A stretch of 63,040 nucleotides of DNA, counting the filler, from Blastocystis sp. subtype 4 (taxonomy: Eukaryota), in NCBI RefSeq assembly GCF_000743755.1. It is 29 parts of 29 records of this genome, joined end to end, with 100 filler letters (N's around TTAATTAATTAA, not from the genome) between each part and the next. Parts side by side here need not be neighbours in the genome. Positions count along the whole stretch, not along the records: positions 22,295 to 24,294 come from NW_014568823.1; positions 24,395 to 26,391 come from NW_014568822.1; positions 26,492 to 28,474 come from NW_014568821.1; positions 28,575 to 30,555 come from NW_014568820.1; positions 30,656 to 32,626 come from NW_014568819.1; positions 32,727 to 34,797 come from NW_014568818.1; positions 34,898 to 36,905 come from NW_014568817.1; 22 more parts are not named here. One strand, given 5' to 3'. Each line of letters starts with the position of its first letter. Position 1 is the stretch's first letter. Below the pieces are notes generated by a model. That model was not told the DNA's origin. It worked only from the letters and a program-made list of their open reading frames with translations, and did not search any database. Positions 22,922-36,812 of this stretch are shown here, piece after piece. The translations under genes and the position numbers were made by a program.

Positions 22922-24294
22922 TTACACTTTCATTTGTTTAGTAGAATCTATCTTTGACAGAGTTTTGGTGGACTTTGTGTTCTTTCCCTTCATACTATTC
23001 ATTGCCTTCGCTTTTGATACGATTTTCATAACCCAGAATACAAGAATAATAACAATCACAATCACAATCACCACCATTACAATACCAATGATTGGCAGAC
23101 ACGTTCCAGTAGTTTCTTTCCATTCTCCATCCTCAGTTCCCAATATACAAGCACGCTTCTGAATACCCACATAACTTCCTTTCAAAACGCAATCATATTC
23201 AGCTACATTGCCAATATCTGTTTCAGGGAATTCACCTTCAGCAACACATTTTCCTTTTCGTATTTGAATCTTCACAGTTGTTTGAGTAGCTCCTGATTCA
23301 TTCTCAGCATACACAATGAATGATGTCAATTCTTGCTCTGCTGTGGGAACTCCCCAAATCTCTCCAGTATTCTCATTCAAACCCAATCCATCAGGAAGGA
23401 TCACTCCTTCATCAATGTACCAACGAGTAGCGATGCTCTTCACTGTAGGAATGTTTGTCGTCACATGTGTCCCCATTACAAATATGTACTGTGAATGAGA
23501 ATATTGGGCATTGGTTGGAGGGTAGTAAGAACACTTATCGGTCTTCACTTCACTTAACACACCTCCAGAACATTCACGATACGAATAACCTCTGTAACCC
23601 TCAGGACAAGTAGAAGGAGAGATTTGACCCTCATTCACTGAAGGATACTTATCGATTCCATGACATACAACTCCTGAAGTCTTACAATAGGCCATATGAA
23701 CAGAACCCAATGAATTTGATGTTGTACCCACTTTCGTGATTTCCCATCGATATCTGCGAAATCCAGCCAAAGCCACAGGAACAGAGATCTGAGGCTTTGT
23801 TCGAGAGGTGATAGTCTGATACATAGCATTCAGAATCGTTAGAGGTTCCTCTAGTATATTATCTGGATTGTAGGTGGCAATGATATCAAAACTCCAAGAA
23901 AACACTGTATCTGATCCAACGATGTTGAATGAGTTCCATTTGCTTCCTTCCAGATTCTCAACAGTCCATTCAATATAACTTCCAACAGTATCTGGAAGAT
24001 ATCCAGTGGTGAAAGGATCAAGATCCATGATTCCAGCAACAGTACCTGAAGTGGGAGTAGTAGATTCCAGTGAAGAATAAGAATCAACAACAGTAGAACA
24101 GTCTTCAACTCCAAATACTCCAGTAGAATCAAACACAACAGGATCAGAAGAAGTACCACTCAAAGGACGATGAATCTCGAAACTGAATACATTACTGCCT
24201 TCCTCAATTCCAGATGTTGACAGAATCACATGGAACTTCGAGAATACAGTAGAATCATGAACAGCAAGAGATTCTGTGTTGGAATCGAAGTCTT
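22922..24294 (-). CDS. Surface-protein family member, C-terminal part with TM helix and Lys-rich tail (...KQMKV*)
   Basis: 435-aa ORF; PIG and Cys modules; TM IIGIVMVVIVIVIVIILVFWVM; TGTTTGTT downstream. Confidence 0.88.
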
Positions 24295-24394
24295 NNNNNN
24301 NNNNNNNNNNNNNNNNNNNNNNNNNNNNNNNNNNNNNNTTAATTAATTAANNNNNNNNNNNNNNNNNNNNNNNNNNNNNNNNNNNNNNNNNNNN

Positions 24395-24714
<320 letters not shown>

Positions 24715-24909
24715 TGATTGTACTAAGATTCTTCACTTTGGAATTGAAGAGGATTCAACAATTCTCTTCTAATTCGTATATCCTTCATAATCTAGATTCA
24801 CATTCTGTAATCATGAAGTCCCTCCTTTTACACTCCATCTTCAATAGGATGAACAAACAGAACAACTTCATCAATATGATCACTTACACTTTGCTTACGA
24901 ATTCTCACT

Positions 24910-26391
24910 TTAGTAACAACCGCTCTGGTATCGAATGTAGTTCTCAAGAGCATCAGCATCTTAATTATTATCAATCAATCAATCATACTTCTAGAATTCA
25001 TTCTTCGCACGTTACAGAATGATTCAGTATCTCTAATCTGAATCCCTTCTTCTGTGAGTGCTTGTTGTAGTGATATTCTGCCTATACCATAGAAATTGTA
25101 CCCATTTCCTATCAGTAGAGTCAGAGAAGGAAGATATAATTCAATCATCATTATCATTCGTACTCAGTAACCTCAATGTATTCGTCTCAAGAGTATCGAA
25201 ATCACCTTGAAGAGCCTCATATGCAAGAGTGATAGACCGAAGTCGAAACAGATCTCATTCATCATTCATTCAATCATTCTTACTATAGAATTCTATTGTA
25301 CGACAATTCATGAATGCTGCAAACTTCATGGAAAGTGAAACGAGAACAGGCATGTTTCCAAGAGAGAATATGGTGTGCTTCCCTCCTACTTCTCTTTGAA
25401 TCACAAGTACTTCAATAGTGCTATTAATTAGGTCCAATTCACAGAATCTAGAAATCTTCAATACTGGTGGATGAGGCAACTGTATACGATCTGTTTTATC
25501 TTTCTCAACAACGTATTCGAAAGGATGATCTATTGGTCATCCAATTAATCATATACCACTCAGTTCATTAACAGTGGCAAACAATCCATTCAGAGGACTT
25601 CCATCTTGAGTGAGTGATGGAATGTCTAATTCAAATTCAATCATCAATCATCACCATCTAATATCACTTTGCTTATACAATTGAGATTGTAACCATCTCC
25701 TTTGAATGATGATAGAGAAGGAAGATCTGATCAATCAATCATCATTTCATTTATACTCTTCATGATAAACACATTCGTATCTCTGGCATAATCATCACCA
25801 GCAAGAGTGTATTCTCCAATAGAGACAGTTTGAAGTTCAGGTAAATCTTATTCTCATTCCATTCACACTCTTACCCTCAAATACTATTGAATGAAAATAC
25901 TCGAGTACATGATCATCAAATCGAATAGACACAAGAGAAGGGAGGTCCTTCAATTCCATGTGTTCATACCAAAAGAATGAATTCTCTCCGATGTGGATTT
26001 CACTCAATTCATCACAATGCGCTATCACACATCTGCTCTCCTCAGTAATATCATCATCAAGTTCGAAAGAGTTCTTTCCAATCTTCAGACTCTTCAACGC
26101 ATTCAATCCATCAATCACTAGTCGAACCGCTTTCTTCAAACAGTTATTTCCGATCTCGATTTGTTTCAATTTCATCAATGGACAGTTAATAATCATCAAC
26201 TGCTGATAAGGCATGAAATCATCAGCAATTGTCAGATACTCAGTACGACAATCCATAGATAAGTCAGATTCACCTTTCCATTCTATTCTTCGATTCTCAG
26301 CAGCAACAACAGTAACACGAAGATCATCTTTGAATAGTCCTTCATATTCAATCATTCCATTTCGATCATACAATAATCCATATCCATTCTT
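24910..26391 (-). CDS. MORN + LRR family protein, multi-exon (partial; may be degenerate)
   Basis: GYGLLYDRNGMIEYEGLFKDD; IEIGNNCL...IDGLNALKSLKIG; DLPSL repeats; ~30-nt introns. Confidence 0.75.
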
Positions 26392-26907
26392 NNNNNNNNN
26401 NNNNNNNNNNNNNNNNNNNNNNNNNNNNNNNNNNNTTAATTAATTAANNNNNNNNNNNNNNNNNNNNNNNNNNNNNNNNNNNNNNNNNNNNCACTCTCTT
26501 TCAAGTACTCTTTCCATTTCATTCTCCATTCTACTCCATTCATCTTCTTTGATATTGATTCAACATTATCTACATTCATATTCTTATCATCAATCATTCT
26601 TTGTATGTTATTATGACTTATTGGCTTATTCCATTCAACTTATTCATACCGCGGGAATCATCTCTATTCTCATATCATATCAATTCTGTCATATCTCATC
26701 GCCATTGCTTCTTTCTCATCCTCTATATCATCAATTTGTTATAATTTCGTTAATTCTACTTAGTTTGTGTTTCTATTCATCATAGTTGCATCACTACATA
26801 CAACTGTACTTGTGTATTGATGGTTGAATATGGATTGTTGTCCATTCTTTATGATTTGTGTTATCATCACTTTGTTGGGGACAATGGTGTTTTTCATCAC
26901 TAATCAT

Positions 26908-27802
26908 AGTAGTGTATTTTGACGTATGCCATGTACAAATTGGTGCAGACATACTATTACCAACATGGACCTTCCAACCCTGGGTCGCTATACAGAGTAG
27001 CTTTCGAAATAAGTGATTAAAATGGAAGGCTCACTTTACCATTTCGAGCCTAATTGCTGGGTTATTAACAACAATTATGTTGATATCTTCAAACCTATCT
27101 GAGTTCAAATATGTGTTTTGTTTTGTTCACTATTACTAATGAACATTCTTTCACCTTCTTCCATACACTTCAAAACGATTTGATTGAGGTCAGTACAAGA
27201 GATCATTCATAATGATAAGCATAGCGATTATCTAAGCTAGAGTATAATATCCTTTCTCAAATACTATAGATTCTCCTTTATCATTAGATACAGTATTGGT
27301 TTGATGAATGTTTGAAAAGAGTGAATCTGAATTTGGTGTTAATAGTACTTTGATCATAGTAATGTATGGATTGTTGAAACGATAAGGATTCTCCCATGTG
27401 AATGATCCATTTGATGGTTTACCTTGAATGATTATTGAATAATGCATTTATTGCTAGAAAGAATTAACGACAACATTTTTGTTCTTCACTTTGTTAGCCA
27501 AAATGTATGATTCATAATTTGTGATACATTGTTAGTCATTGTTAGCCATTATGATAATAGATGCAAAACCTTTGTGCTTCATTGTTGCCCATGATTTGAC
27601 TTGAAATGGATTGGATATGTTCCAAATTATGATCAAAATGTCTGCCTTTTCGAGCTTGTTTATGGGCCTTTTTGTCTGCATTTTCGTGGCGTTTTTGTCT
27701 GGTAGGGTTAACTCTGTATAGCTACCCAGGGTTGAAGGCCCATGTTTGCGACGATTTGTCTGGTTGAAAAGAATACGTAACATACGTCAATTACCTACTA
27801 CT
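26908..27802. mobile_element. ~0.9-kb non-autonomous Polinton-like mini-element with inverted termini (copies 3 and 4) and a penton-like gene fragment
   Basis: Left AGTAGTGTATTTTGACGTATG...CCAACCCTGGGTCGCTATACAGAG; right, inverted ...CTCTGTATAGCTACCCAGGGTTG...CATACGTCAATTACCTACTACT; about 90-bp imperfect TIR; no clean TSD. Confidence 0.75.
27232..27447 (-). pseudogene. 5' fragment of a penton/minor-capsid-like gene inside the mini-element
   Basis: SNGSFTWENPYRF...SNIHQTN...IVFEKGYYTL resembles the N-terminal half of Polinton minor capsid proteins (NI...i.i..G.Y) and 62580-62908. Confidence 0.45.
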
Positions 27803-28574
27803 ATGAAAGTGCCCCCTATGAAAGTGCCAAAAAGAGATTAAATGAATCTAGTCTTTGAATGAGTAATGGTAGAGATATTGAATACTGTTGTTTGAATGAA
27901 GCAATTATGAGGTTTCTTGGATTGATAGTGAAAGCAACATGATCCTTTATTGTCCATCTGAAACAATCCATTTCTCTTAGTATCAACTGATTGAATGAAT
28001 ACAATAATGTATTGTTCAAAGAATCCAGAATCTGTTTCAGAATAGAGATAATACAGTTGAATACTCTGTCATTATTGGATGGATTCTTAATGACTATTAG
28101 ATGCCTCTGTGTTAAAGAGGAGAGTGATATTGAACATTCTACACATTTGCTGTACTACTTCATATGTCATGTTCTTAGGATGATATTGAGCCACAGTAGA
28201 GTCAAAAGAATGATTGTTCCATTTTCTAGTCCACTCTTCTTTGATTGTATTCATGAGATCATCCAGTATATCCATTCAATCAATCCTCTTCCTGTTTGTA
28301 TTTGTAGTTCAATGAGAGGAGGATTCATTTGTGATTCGACTCTTCTTGTTTGTTCTATTCATGGTTCTCAAATTGAATAGAAGATGGGAAAGTCGTTGAA
28401 TAAGAGCTCTTTGTTCTAGTATCAACGAAATGGACTGTTATCATTCTATTAGTTATCACAGATTCATTGTAACANNNNNNNNNNNNNNNNNNNNNNNNNN
28501 NNNNNNNNNNNNNNNNNNTTAATTAATTAANNNNNNNNNNNNNNNNNNNNNNNNNNNNNNNNNNNNNNNNNNNN

Positions 28575-29968
28575 GGAATTGATGATAGTGAATGTATTGA
28601 ATCATTCAATGATTGTATTGAAAGGATTGAAAGGAGAAGAATTGAATGAAATGGATTTGAGTGAATTGATTGATAATAAGATTGTTGATTTGAATGAGAT
28701 CTGATTCGAGTTGAATCCATCACTCTTGGAGATGAGGCTCTATATGGTGATGAAGATTGTGTTGAATGGAATGAATTGATAATAAAGAGTATGAATGATA
28801 ATGATAATTGATTGATGAGATCTTCCTTCTCTATCTTCATTCAAAGGAGGTGACAATTTCAGGTACATAGTGAAAGTGATCTTGGATAGTAATGATTGAT
28901 GATTGAATTTGAACTAGATATTCCATGACTGAGTGAAGAAGGAATTAAGATGAGATATGAGGGATTCGAGAATGTGAATGTATTGACCAGTGCGAGTATG
29001 ATTGGCTTATTGTTAATGAATGAGATGCTGATTGTTTTGATAGATTCATTCGGCAGCAAAGTAAGTATCTACTGGTGATAGATGAAGAATACGATTCTAG
29101 TAAAGCAAAACGATTTGAATATGCAAATGCACATGATTTGAATGTGTTCGATGCTAACAGCGTGAAAGGAATTGAGAGACTAGAGATTGGTGGTGATTGC
29201 TTTATAAAAGTGAATCGATTTGTGATTGATGGATTGAATGAATTGAAGAGTGTGATGATTGGAAGAGAGAGCTTCGATCGCAATAAGGAGAATAGAAAAG
29301 GAAGCAAATGTTTGATAATGAATTGTGATCAATTGAGTGAAATCTGCATTGGATTCAATTCATTCTATTGGTATGAATCATTAGAATGTAAGAATCTTCC
29401 TTCTCTGATATCTATTCAATTGGATGGTTATTCATTCTATGCTTGTCATTTGATAGTATGAATGATTGAATGAATGATGAATGAGATCTGATTCGAGTTG
29501 AATCCATCATTCTTGTATATGATGCTCTATATGGTGATGAAGATAGTGTTGATAGGAATGAATTGATAATGAAGAGTATGAATGATGATAATTGATTGAT
29601 TAGATCTTCCTTCTCTATCTTCATTAAAAGGATATGGTAACAATTTCATCGAAATAGGGAAAGTGGAATTGGATAGTAATGATTGATGATTGAATTTGAA
29701 TTAGACATTCCATCACTTACTGATGAAGGAATAGAGATGAGAGGCGCTTTCAGAAATGTGAAAGAATTACATAGTCAGAGTATGTATATTGATTGATAAT
29801 GAATGAGATGCTGATTGCTATGATCAATTTATTCGACAGCGGAATACGCATTTACCAAAGCGTAAGACCATGCCACAAGAATCAGATTTGGATTCTCTTG
29901 ATGGATTCACTGGACAAAAGACAAAGAATAATAGTGACGAACAAAAGAGTGAATTTGCAACAATATAA
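28575..29968 (+). CDS. LRR family protein, multi-exon (5' truncated; may be degenerate)
   Basis: LEIGGDCFIKVNRFVIDGLNELKSVMIG...CLIMNCDQLSEI..KNLPSL; conserved micro-introns. Confidence 0.75.
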
Positions 29969-31923
29969 TGAAGTCAAATACCTGTTAGTTGTCAAACACT
30001 ATAAAGACTAGTTAGATAACCTAGAGAGCAATTAACGTTGATACCATTAAGGCCTCAGAGTCGTTTCCAAGTGGTCCAAGTGTCGAGTGATTGTGAGCTC
30101 ACAAATCCAAGCACTATTCCTGTTGGAGAATAGTAGGGTGACTTGTTCATGAAATCAGCCATACACTTTGACAACACGAAGTTTGGATGAGAATGGTAGC
30201 ATTTGATGTTTACAAGTTAGGTCCTAATGGTGACCGAGTATGTGGATGAAACACTGTCCTCAAAGAGACATTGTGTGAATGAGAATAGATGATGAATACC
30301 AGAATGATGAGAAGATAGTTCTTACAAAGGCCTGAGGACAAGTGTATAGTTGCTACTACTAATATGTGATCAGAAGAAACAATCAAAGAGAGTATGTTTA
30401 AATAGTAGTTGATGTTATAAGGGGATTAAGGGGTAAAGATACTAGTTGATTAATGTTTGTAGAGGGGACAGTGGTTGCTTAATGTAGGTTGGATTGAGTA
30501 ATGTGAGTTGGTTTGAGTAGGGTAGGGTGGTTTGAGTAAGGTAGGCTGGTTTGGTNNNNNNNNNNNNNNNNNNNNNNNNNNNNNNNNNNNNNNNNNNNNT
30601 TAATTAATTAANNNNNNNNNNNNNNNNNNNNNNNNNNNNNNNNNNNNNNNNNNNNATGACCCAATCCTCCATTGAATCCATCATGAATGATCTCAAATGA
30701 GTTTGGATTTGAAATCATCTTGTTGATTCGATCACACAGAACAGAATAGTCTATCCATCACTTCATTCATCTCTTCACATACTGATTCCATCTCTCCAAT
30801 AGTACATGTTTGATGAATCATTCAATGAAGATGAGAAGGACAGATGAGATGAACAACAATTGGATGACAAGGAATGAGTATTAGAAATCCTTACAATAAT
30901 CCAACCATTGTTTTGATTGAAATGAGATTGAACACCTAATGAATAGGATTTGATTTCAGTGATAAGATACAGAGAAACAAGAAGAATGAGAAGAATCACT
31001 TGATTCATCCAGTACATTGATTTCTGTTTGGAGTATTGTTCATGAAATCCTATTTGATTCTCATTCTCATTCTATTCATATTCACATATATCCTGCTAAT
31101 CACAATTGCAGTTGATATAAACACTGTACCATCTTTGGCAATCTTGAACTCAGCTAGTGTCATAACTTGATCAAATCTCCATTCTTCGTTTTCTATCTAA
31201 TCAGAGACATAATTCACCATCCTCAGAATACCTAACACAGAGTAACATTTCCTTACACTCCATTCACCAATCTATCATACTCTTGATTCTCAGAGTATCA
31301 TTGAACTACTTGTTTGATCTGAAAATAAGGCAGTTAATCAATGCTTATCCAATCACTTTATTCGCTTTCCTCCACTATGATATCACATTTTGATCTACAA
31401 TCATGTTCAATAGCTTGTATTCCAGAATATCAAATAAGCAATCATTCAGTATCGATTTCTGTTGTATCTGATCCAGCAACTATCCATTTCTTATTTCACA
31501 GACAACCAGATCTTCTTTGAATGTTAATGAATGAATTTCCAATACTAACACCTGTAGATGACTGAATAGATACTCTTTCGTATTAGTAATCAAGTTCTCA
31601 GTCTCTTCATTACTGATGATTCAATTAGATTTCATTATACTGGATATGATCTTGTTAGCTTGTACTAAGAATCGAAACTTGATTGTTTGATCGTTTATCT
31701 GTTCATCTGTAAATGGTTATTCATATTAGTCATTCCATATTGGTATCAAAGGATTGAACTCTCATTGAATGTTTAATTGAATCCTCCAGAACTGTAGATT
31801 GATTACGAAAGTCAGTAAGAGATAGATAGTGGATTATTAGTTCCAACTCAAGTCAATAAACAACAATAGTCAGAATATCCACCAATTATTAATCAGTGTA
31901 TTGATATTCATTATTACATTGAC

Positions 31924-32428
31924 ATGATTAGAAAAGAGTGTTCTTATAATCATTGCATATGTTCAGTGTATATCTCTCTTAGTTCTAATACTAGACTGAT
32001 TGTTGATTTGCAGCTACAGAAGGGCAAACTGGTTACTGTTGAAGAAATGAACTCTGAGAAACGATTCCTTTTGATGATATTGCTTCTTCACTGTACTGTT
32101 GATCAAGCAAAGAAGAAGCTCTCTGGTTGTGGTAGCAATCTTGCTAGCAAACTGAACTGAATTGGAGAATGAAACAAAACAGGAAGATGGATATCATCTG
32201 GAATTCGGATCTACTAGCAAGAAAGCTGTCATCATTAAGCCCACTTTGAACAAGTTGTTTGTATTGAAGGAAGAAATCCAGAAGCTCTTTAGTATCGATA
32301 TTGCAAAAGACTGTCTAGAACAAGTGCTCTACACTTGTATCGAGAAGGATGTGGATTCGGATCTGATGAACCGCCATCGTCAAGTGCGTTTGGAACAAGG
32401 TGAATTCAAACTGGAACCACAGTTCTAG
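31924..32428 (+). pseudogene. Uncharacterised Cys/His protein, frameshifted at ~32160; paralog of 40288-40797
   Basis: HCIC..., EKRFLLMILLLHC and VLYTC align with HCVC, EKRYVVHSLLLHC and MVFTC; 78+88 aa is close to the paralog's 169 aa. Confidence 0.65.
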
Positions 32429-32528
32429 AATGATTATCACTTGATTAACCCGTTCTGATTTGTGTCTGTTTCTTAATCATGAATAACAGTTGATTCTATG
32501 ATCTAACACAACGCATCATTCATACTGT

Positions 32529-32626
32529 CTTAAGGATGGATTGAAAGTGATGTGAGGATAAGAATGTGTTGTTGAAAAGGGTTAGTGAAAGAAATGAAAA
32601 CAAGAACGGTCATATCTAGTGGAAAG
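32529..32626 (+). repeat. Repeat C, identical to 40959-41056
   Basis: TCTTAAGGATGGATTGAAAG...TCTAGTGGAAAG ends both contigs. Confidence 0.92.
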
Positions 32627-32726
32627 NNNNNNNNNNNNNNNNNNNNNNNNNNNNNNNNNNNNNNNNNNNNTTAATTAATTAANNNNNNNNNNNNNNNNNN
32701 NNNNNNNNNNNNNNNNNNNNNNNNNN

Positions 32727-34797
32727 CAATTCTTCACAGACATCTCACCTTCATTCACAGAAGGATATGCTCCTTCTCCAGCACATATTGCTCCCACAGG
32801 CTTACAATAAGCCATATGAATCGAACCAATTAATAAGGCATTGCTGCCAGGTTTGGTAATCTCCCATCGATACTTTCTGAATGTTGACATTGAGATAGGC
32901 ACAGGGATTTGAAGTTTTGTTTGAGAAGTGATTGTTTGATCCTTAACATCCAGAATGGTGACTGGTGCCTCAGCAGTATTGTCAGAACAGTAATAAGCAT
33001 CGATAGTGAAACCCCAAGAAGAGACTGTGTTTGATCCAACCATGTTGAATGAGTTCGCGATGCTTCCAACCAGATTCTCAACAGCCCATTCAATATAACT
33101 TCCAGGGTCATTAGGTAACTCACCTGTAGTGTAAGGATCAAGATCCATAATTCCAGCAACAGTACCACGCAACAATTCAGTGGAATTGAGAAAAGAATAA
33201 GAATCAACAACAGTAGAACAGTCTTCAACTCCAAATACTCCAGTAGCATCAAACACAACAGGATCAGAAGAAGAACCACTCAAAGGACGATGAATCTCGA
33301 AACTGAATACATTACTACCTTCATCAATTCCAGATGTTGACAGAATCACATGGAACTTCGAGAACACACTAGCATCATGATCAGTGATTGATAGAGTTGT
33401 TGAATCGAAATCATCTTCAAGATTGAATCGAGCAACCAGATTTCCATTCACATAGGCAACCACTCCTCCAGAATACTTCACTCGAACATTCAACACTTGG
33501 TAATCATTCACTCCACTCATTGTGAAACTCTTTCGGATATATGTTGTGATTGAAGAAGTCGAAGGAATATCAACAGCCTTGTATGTGTTCCAAGTGGAAT
33601 CATCGAAACTGACAGTATTCCAATCACTTGACACATCACTCTGTATCACCTTCCAATTCGTGTATTCAATCTGGAAAGGGAAATATGTTGAGAACACAGT
33701 TGATACAGTAGAGGGCTTGGTATTTGAACTACCCAGTTCTTGTATATCCAACTCCATCTCTCCCAAATCAACAGTCAGAGTGTAACCAGTTCCTGTCCCC
33801 CACCCATCTCCATATAAATCAGATCCTTCAAATGTGTATATTCCATTATTCAAACAGAAATCAACATAGTAATAAGCATTCGATACAGGGAACGAAGATA
33901 CTGATTGAAGAACAGTTCCTGAGGTTCCTCTTCCTTCATACAGTTTCCATGAATTCTCATTGGGATAAGTATCAGTTCTGATACGAATAGTCATCAATCC
34001 CTTGCCTCCAGTACATATTGAAACTGATAGAGAGATAGTATCAGTCACATCTCCTCCAGTTATCTTAGTAGCAGTGATGGTGTAGGTTTGAGTAACACTC
34101 TCAGAAGTGGCAGTACCTGAAATCCAACCAGAATAAGAATCCAACACAATACCAGTAGGAAGAGAAGGATTGATTCTGAAGTTCATGTAACCATCTCCAT
34201 TCTGAGGAATCACTTCAGACATTTCAATATCCTTGAATACACTGATTGAAGAATCATAAGTGAAGTTAGGAATATCAACCAACACATTATCAGCAAACAG
34301 ATCCAGAGATTGAACATACCAAGTGCAAGAAGAAGGATCACCAGTACCAAAGTTCTCAAACTTGAATTGATTGTAAGGAGTATTGTTAGAGAAATAGATT
34401 CTTCTCTTCTGACTAGCAGTTGAGTAAGTGAGACCAGTGACATTTGTTAGAAGTGTCCATTCATCTGTATCTGAGTTACGACCATACAATTTGAATTCAG
34501 TTACCCATCGATTGCTGTATGATGAAGAATAATGGTTCTGAATCTGAACAGAACTGATCCATTCACGACGATTGTTTGATAGAGTCACATTCAGAGAATT
34601 GATTCCACAGGATGAAGACCAGATGTAGGTTCCATAATACATATCGAAAAGGTTCGTTGAAAATCCATACATTTCAGAACCAGTAGATGAAGCAGTATAT
34701 TCCCAGATATGAGATTCAGATTGTTCTGATGACATCAAACGAACCATTGCATCGAAATAGGATGTGAGTTGAGTATCATCAATAGCAACAATGGCAA
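32727..34797 (-). CDS. Surface-protein family member (partial)
   Basis: Open frame across the whole contig; same C-module as 18075-20091. Confidence 0.85.
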
Positions 34798-34897
34798 NNN
34801 NNNNNNNNNNNNNNNNNNNNNNNNNNNNNNNNNNNNNNNNNTTAATTAATTAANNNNNNNNNNNNNNNNNNNNNNNNNNNNNNNNNNNNNNNNNNNN

Positions 34898-35656
34898 GAG
34901 ATACAGAATCAATTATGCTTATGGATCACCCCTTGTTATGGGATCCATTCAAGCAAGAACCATTTGGATACAGAAATCGGTATACAAACCAATCAACTGG
35001 AATGATGTTGATAAGGGAAATGTCGAGAATCGAGGAGAGATTGTTCAAATGAGAGCTCCAAATCCATTAGATGCAACATCTATTCCTCATCTAGTCCCTC
35101 CTATACAACAATCATCTCCAACAAATGAACCAGAAGAATCGGATAATCCGATTGTTGAAGAACCATCATCGATTCAAATCACTGAAAACAACATTCCTCA
35201 TGCTGCCGATGAATTGACTGATAGAGAAGTGTATAAGTTCTGTAATGTATTAATTAATACATACAAAAGATGTGAACCTTTCCAAGATGTTTTCAAAAGG
35301 TTCTTTGGGAAATATGACAGAACAGAATGAGGTCTTTCATAGTGGATACCATTAAGAAAGAACTAGAATTGCCTCAACCATCAAGTAAATATGTTGATTT
35401 GTTCAATACTTTACAGGAAATAATACAGGATAAAGAATATTTGCTGAAACTTTATAATAAACTCGAATCCAAAAGAGGTGATATTGGTCGTGATGCTTTT
35501 TGGGAATACTGTAAAATGAGTGCGAATCATACCCTATACTACACTGATAACATTGATATACCCATACGCACTCCTAATAAGCGTCCTAACCCTAATCTCG
35601 ACTTTAATGTACCACTACCACCTCCACAACCGCCTCAGGAACCACCCGATCTCTAA
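34898..35656 (+). CDS. Intronless hypothetical ORF(s): 34938-35330 (open to the contig edge) overlapping 35327-35656 at ATGA
   Basis: Protein-like composition; may be one frameshifted gene. Confidence 0.5.
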
Positions 35657-35740
35657 ATACCTTTGGAAGCTTTGCTTTACAAAATCATGATTTTGTTCAT
35701 TATACTAAGGAATATTGTTTTTGCTTACAAAGTAAAGTAA

Positions 35741-36812
35741 ATGAATACACAAACCATTAGTGGGGTTGAATGTTTCTATGATCAACAACATCAAAAATGG
35801 ATTCCTAAGAGTGTTGGTAGTAGATTTAGCGCTCTATACAGCAGACATCCTGATGCTCCTGATTTCGTTACAGTATGTGAGGCATGTAATGCGCATCATT
35901 TCGATGTTACTGTCCCATTTGAAACCTTTGTATGTGGATATCTGTGGCAAGGAAATCTGAACAACACAACATCACAGTTGGTGTCTGATACTAACATGAA
36001 GCTTGTTAACAATATGGCTGAGAATAAAGTATTAACTCAGAAGCTAAAAGAAGTAACAAATCAACTTCAACAACTAGCAACTGAATATGCCACTTTCAGA
36101 AACAATGTTAGTCAAAGTGATTGGCAAAGGACAATCAATGAAAAAGATGCTATGATTGCGAATCTTCAAAGCAAGCTTCAGAGTGCAGAGGATGAAGTGA
36201 ACGCATTCTTACAGAGAAAGCAAGCAATGCATGATGAAGAGATAAGGAACAAGACAAAAGAAATAGCGGATTTACGATCAAAACAATTGGATCAACAAAT
36301 TAGAGACAAAGAAGATCATTTCAATCAACTATCACAGAAAGATGATGAGTAATATCCAAGAAGAATTGAAGAAGGCAAAGAAAGAGGCCAAATTGAGTCT
36401 ACACAATGCTAACGACAAATCATTAAACAAGGAACTACAATTGGCTGATAATCTCACCAAATTCAAACGCGTTACATGGTCTCTACTTGAAAAGGTATTG
36501 ATCTCATATGAGAATACAATGCTCTATATTGATAATGTTGAGAATGCTGTGAAAGATTGTCAGATAATTGTTAATACATTGATGGGTGATACAGGAAATC
36601 TAATCAAGACAAGATTTGATCGAGTACCTGTTCCTAATATTAAGGAAAGTCAAGCTAGTGTGAAACAATTCGAGGATAAGTATCTTGGTGATGTTAAGGA
36701 AGAGTTTGAACAAGTGAAACGAACATATGGTTGGGATTCTTTGCCATCAAAGAGATTAGATTCATTTGAAACAATCACTTCCGATCAAAGTGCATTCAGT
36801 TCTACAAATTAA
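35741..36812 (+). CDS. Intronless coiled-coil protein; ORFs 35741-36352 and 36342-36812 probably one gene with a frameshift
   Basis: N-terminal CEAC...HH; long heptad-rich region continues across CAG AAA GAT GAT GAG TAA / ATG ATG AGT. Confidence 0.55.

Noticed and set aside
27532..27783. ORF family ...QTNRRKHGP.TLGSYT.LTLPDK... (also at 13547, 45374, 51005)
   Set aside because: Translation of the element terminus; starts, frames and indels differ between copies.
30656..31900. Coding-like minus-strand sequence (similar at 27810-28474 and 4343-5000)
   Set aside because: Interrupted by many stops with no recognisable motif; probably decayed genes but not assignable.
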